From: Candidatus Beckwithbacteria bacterium CG10_big_fil_rev_8_21_14_0_10_34_10
GTDB taxonomy: Bacteria; Patescibacteriota; Microgenomatia; UBA1400
Assembly (NCBI GenBank): GCA_002773945.1
Contig: PEZT01000028.1
Span: forward strand, 4,034-68,033
Reading direction: 5' to 3'
DNA length: 64,000 nucleotides
Shown here piece by piece: positions 61,557-64,000 of this stretch. Numbering within the stretch: position 1 is the first letter of the stretch; each line of letters begins with the position of its first letter. The position numbers and the translations under genes were made by a program. The notes beneath the pieces were generated by a model, which was not told the DNA's origin, searched no databases, and saw only the letters and a program-made list of their open reading frames with translations.

Positions 61557-63920
61557 TTATAGTTTAGATCTTTGGCCTATTTCTGCTTCAATAATTTCTT
61601 TGTCTTTACCAAATTTTAATCTAGATAGTTGCTTAATCATTTCAGCTACTTTAGTACTTCTAAGTTTTTTAATCTGGGTCATATCTTTAGAAAGATCCAT
61701 GGAAAAAGCTGGGACTGGTTCATTGTTAACTATGGTTTTAATAAAAACATTATATTTTTCAACATTAATAAGGTCTGTTTCAGAAAAAGTTGGTTGAAAT
61801 TCATGTTGAAGATAGTTAGCATCAGTCACCCCAACTCTAAAAGAAACTAGAGAACCAACATTACCAAAAACAGCGTTTTTAACCTCTTCATCTACCTGGC
61901 CGATAAATTGGTTAGCAACAGTTAAATTCAGTTTATATTTTCTCGCCTCAGAAAGAATTTGGGCAAAATCAGGAGTGGCGAAGTTTTGGAACTCATCAAC
62001 ATAAAGATAAAAATCTCGTCTTTTTTCCTCAGGTATATCCTGTCGACTCATAGCGGCAATTAAAATTTTAGGTACCAATACTAACCCTAAAAAGTTAGAA
62101 TTCTCTTCTCCAATCCTGCCTTTAGCTAAATTGATTAAAAGAATTTTACCTTCATCCATTACTTTTCTAAAATCAAAGGCTGATTTAGACTGACCAATAA
62201 TATTTCTCATCATTTTATTGGTAACAAAACGGCCAAATTTGGAAACAATATAGTCTAAAACTTCACTTTTATGAAATTCGTTCGTTTGAGCAATTTGATC
62301 AGTCCAATATCTTCTCACCATTGGATCTTTAACTTTAGGCAATAATTCCTGAACATATTTAGAATCGGTTAAAACTCTAACTATTTCTACAAAGGTACTG
62401 CCCGGCTCACTCATAACTGTTAACATTGCATTCCTAATAGCATGTTCAAACCTTGGACCAATGATTCCGGTCTTATGAGGATCATAAAGTTTATACATTA
62501 AACCAATAATTGAGTTAGCAATAAAATGCTGTTCTTCTTCCCCTCTGGCCTCTAACATATTAAGACCCATTGGCCTATCAGTATCTGAAGGATTAAAATA
62601 AATAACATCTTCCGCTCTTTCCGGAGGAATTAATTCTAGTATTTTTTCCACTGTATCATGAGGATCAATGAAACAAACCCCTTTGCCCTGACGGATATCC
62701 TGTAAAATCATATCAGTCATAAATTCAGATTTACCCACCCCGGTTTTTCCAATAATATAAACATGCTTTCTTCTATCTTCATCGGAAATAAAAACCGGCC
62801 TAGTCACCCCTCGATAAACACTTTTACCTAAATACAAACCTTTTTGGGGAATCAAGGCTGGAGCGGGGGCTGATTTAGCCGCTAACCAATGAATATGGGG
62901 CGTTTCGACTGATTTATTGGGAAAGTGAAAAATACTAGCCAATTCTTCACTATTCAAAACGCTTTTTTTATGCAAAATTGGAAGATAACGGTAAATAAAA
63001 TTAATCATAAAGGCTTTTTTAAACCAAGTATATTTCTTTTTAGTAAAACCATTTAAGCCTGAAGTAAATTGAGAAAATGAACCAACAATATTAGCTAAAT
63101 AGCTTCTAGCCTTTTCCTTATCTCCGGCAGTAACAACTATTCTTATAATCGTGTTAAATCCAGGTTTAGAACATTTACTCTCAATTTGTTCATATTGTTT
63201 AGGATCAACATTATATTTGGCTTTTTCCGGATCCGCTTCAGATTTCTTAGTTTTAGAAATATATGATTTGCCCGCCTGTTGCCATTTACTATTAGCTGGA
63301 GAAATTAAAACTTGAATTACCACTCCTTCATTATCTTGCATTTTGGCTAAAGATGAAGTTAAAGAGCTTAAGGGATCTGTAGGTAAATCTTTATAAACTT
63401 TAATTGGATAAAGACTGTTAGATTTTAGTCTTAAACTGGCAAACGCGACCTTACCTTCCTTAGAAAAAATATTATATTCATCAACTTCTTTAACTTCTGC
63501 TCCTGGATAAGCACCATGAATCTGCTTTTCTACCATATCTCTTAAATGATTAGGAACAGCCACATAAAAACGAATATCCTCTCTTTTAGCCACAATTTCA
63601 AAACTCAAATGATCCTCAGATTTAAGTTTGTCTCGAAAGCGAGTTTTTTTTATTGAGTAAAGAGAGGCAAACATTTGTTCAGCGGCATCAATTTTAATCT
63701 CGTTTCCCCGAGGAATAGCTACTTGAAGAAGGGAAAAATTCAAGGATTCTTCCTCTCTTTTGTTATGTTTTAACCAAAGGACTAAAAGATAAACTAAGCC
63801 ACCAATCCCCCCCAAACTAAAACCAGCTACCACTAGAAGGACTAAAAAGTAATTTAATAAACTAGTCAAATTACTTATGTTATTGGGACTATTTATTGGG
63901 CTACTTAACGCTTCCGCCAT
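61557..63920 (-). CDS. Membrane-anchored conjugation/T4SS-type AAA_10 ATPase (VirB4/TrbE/TraC-like; alternatively a VirD4/TraG-like coupling protein)
   Basis: 787 aa. N-terminal TM helices. Walker A IIGKTGVGKSEFM lies ~400 aa from the N-terminus. Walker B YLYVDEFQNF. The EARKYKLNLTVANQFIGQ motif is typical of T4SS ATPases. Confidence 0.55.
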   Translation of the reverse strand: MAEALSSPINSPNNISNLTSLLNYFLVLLVVAGFSLGGIGGLVYLLVLWLKHNKREEESLNFSLLQVAIPRGNEIKIDAAEQMFASLYSIKKTRFRDKLKSEDHLSFEIVAKREDIRFYVAVPNHLRDMVEKQIHGAYPGAEVKEVDEYNIFSKEGKVAFASLRLKSNSLYPIKVYKDLPTDPLSSLTSSLAKMQDNEGVVIQVLISPANSKWQQAGKSYISKTKKSEADPEKAKYNVDPKQYEQIESKCSKPGFNTIIRIVVTAGDKEKARSYLANIVGSFSQFTSGLNGFTKKKYTWFKKAFMINFIYRYLPILHKKSVLNSEELASIFHFPNKSVETPHIHWLAAKSAPAPALIPQKGLYLGKSVYRGVTRPVFISDEDRRKHVYIIGKTGVGKSEFMTDMILQDIRQGKGVCFIDPHDTVEKILELIPPERAEDVIYFNPSDTDRPMGLNMLEARGEEEQHFIANSIIGLMYKLYDPHKTGIIGPRFEHAIRNAMLTVMSEPGSTFVEIVRVLTDSKYVQELLPKVKDPMVRRYWTDQIAQTNEFHKSEVLDYIVSKFGRFVTNKMMRNIIGQSKSAFDFRKVMDEGKILLINLAKGRIGEENSNFLGLVLVPKILIAAMSRQDIPEEKRRDFYLYVDEFQNFATPDFAQILSEARKYKLNLTVANQFIGQVDEEVKNAVFGNVGSLVSFRVGVTDANYLQHEFQPTFSETDLINVEKYNVFIKTIVNNEPVPAFSMDLSKDMTQIKKLRSTKVAEMIKQLSRLKFGKDKEIIEAEIGQRSKL

Positions 63921-64000
63921 AACTTACCCTTTTAGGAAACATTTTTAATAATCTTTTACACCATATGGCTAACCATTTGATAGAGTCACTAACTTTTTTA

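Overview
This window is AT-rich, densely packed and almost all genes are on the minus strand. Its gene content is typical of a small-genome Candidate Phyla Radiation (Patescibacteria)-like bacterium using the standard code 11: many genes end in TAA, and several enzymes are archaeal-type (UMP kinase, EndoQ-like nuclease, Lig1-like ATP-dependent DNA ligase, TrpB2). The left end carries a partial FAD-dependent oxidoreductase followed by a complete minus-strand rRNA operon in the order 16S, tRNA-Ile(GAU), tRNA-Ala(UGC), 23S, 5S, with a boxA-like leader element. The 23S gene contains a ~280-nt AT-rich insertion at the peptidyl-transferase-centre region, which is a candidate self-splicing intron. 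The rest of the window is housekeeping genes interleaved with accessory modules:
- Two membrane-anchored GH-A clan glycoside hydrolases plus an alpha/beta hydrolase.
- A redox island (gdhA, trxB, trxA, CsoR-like repressor, DUF488 protein, large GNAT-fusion protein).
- A four-gene amidoligase-type system: a formylglutamate amidohydrolase (FGase)-like hydrolase, two ATP-grasp enzymes (one fused to a retropepsin-like protease domain, described in the literature as a Zn-protease-like domain) and a 7TM membrane protein.
- A surface-protein cluster with two cohesin-like proteins, a dockerin-like protein and a TolB-propeller protein; one cohesin-like protein has a sortase-type C-terminal sorting signal.
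- Two genes with single in-frame TAA codons: TrpB2 and an orphan CheY-like receiver.
- A T-box leader with a consensus sigma70 promoter upstream of trpS.
- A tRNA-Ile with anticodon UAU abutting a tyrosine recombinase, next to a VirB4-like conjugation/T4SS ATPase.
All functional calls come from motifs read directly from the translations. No database searches were run.
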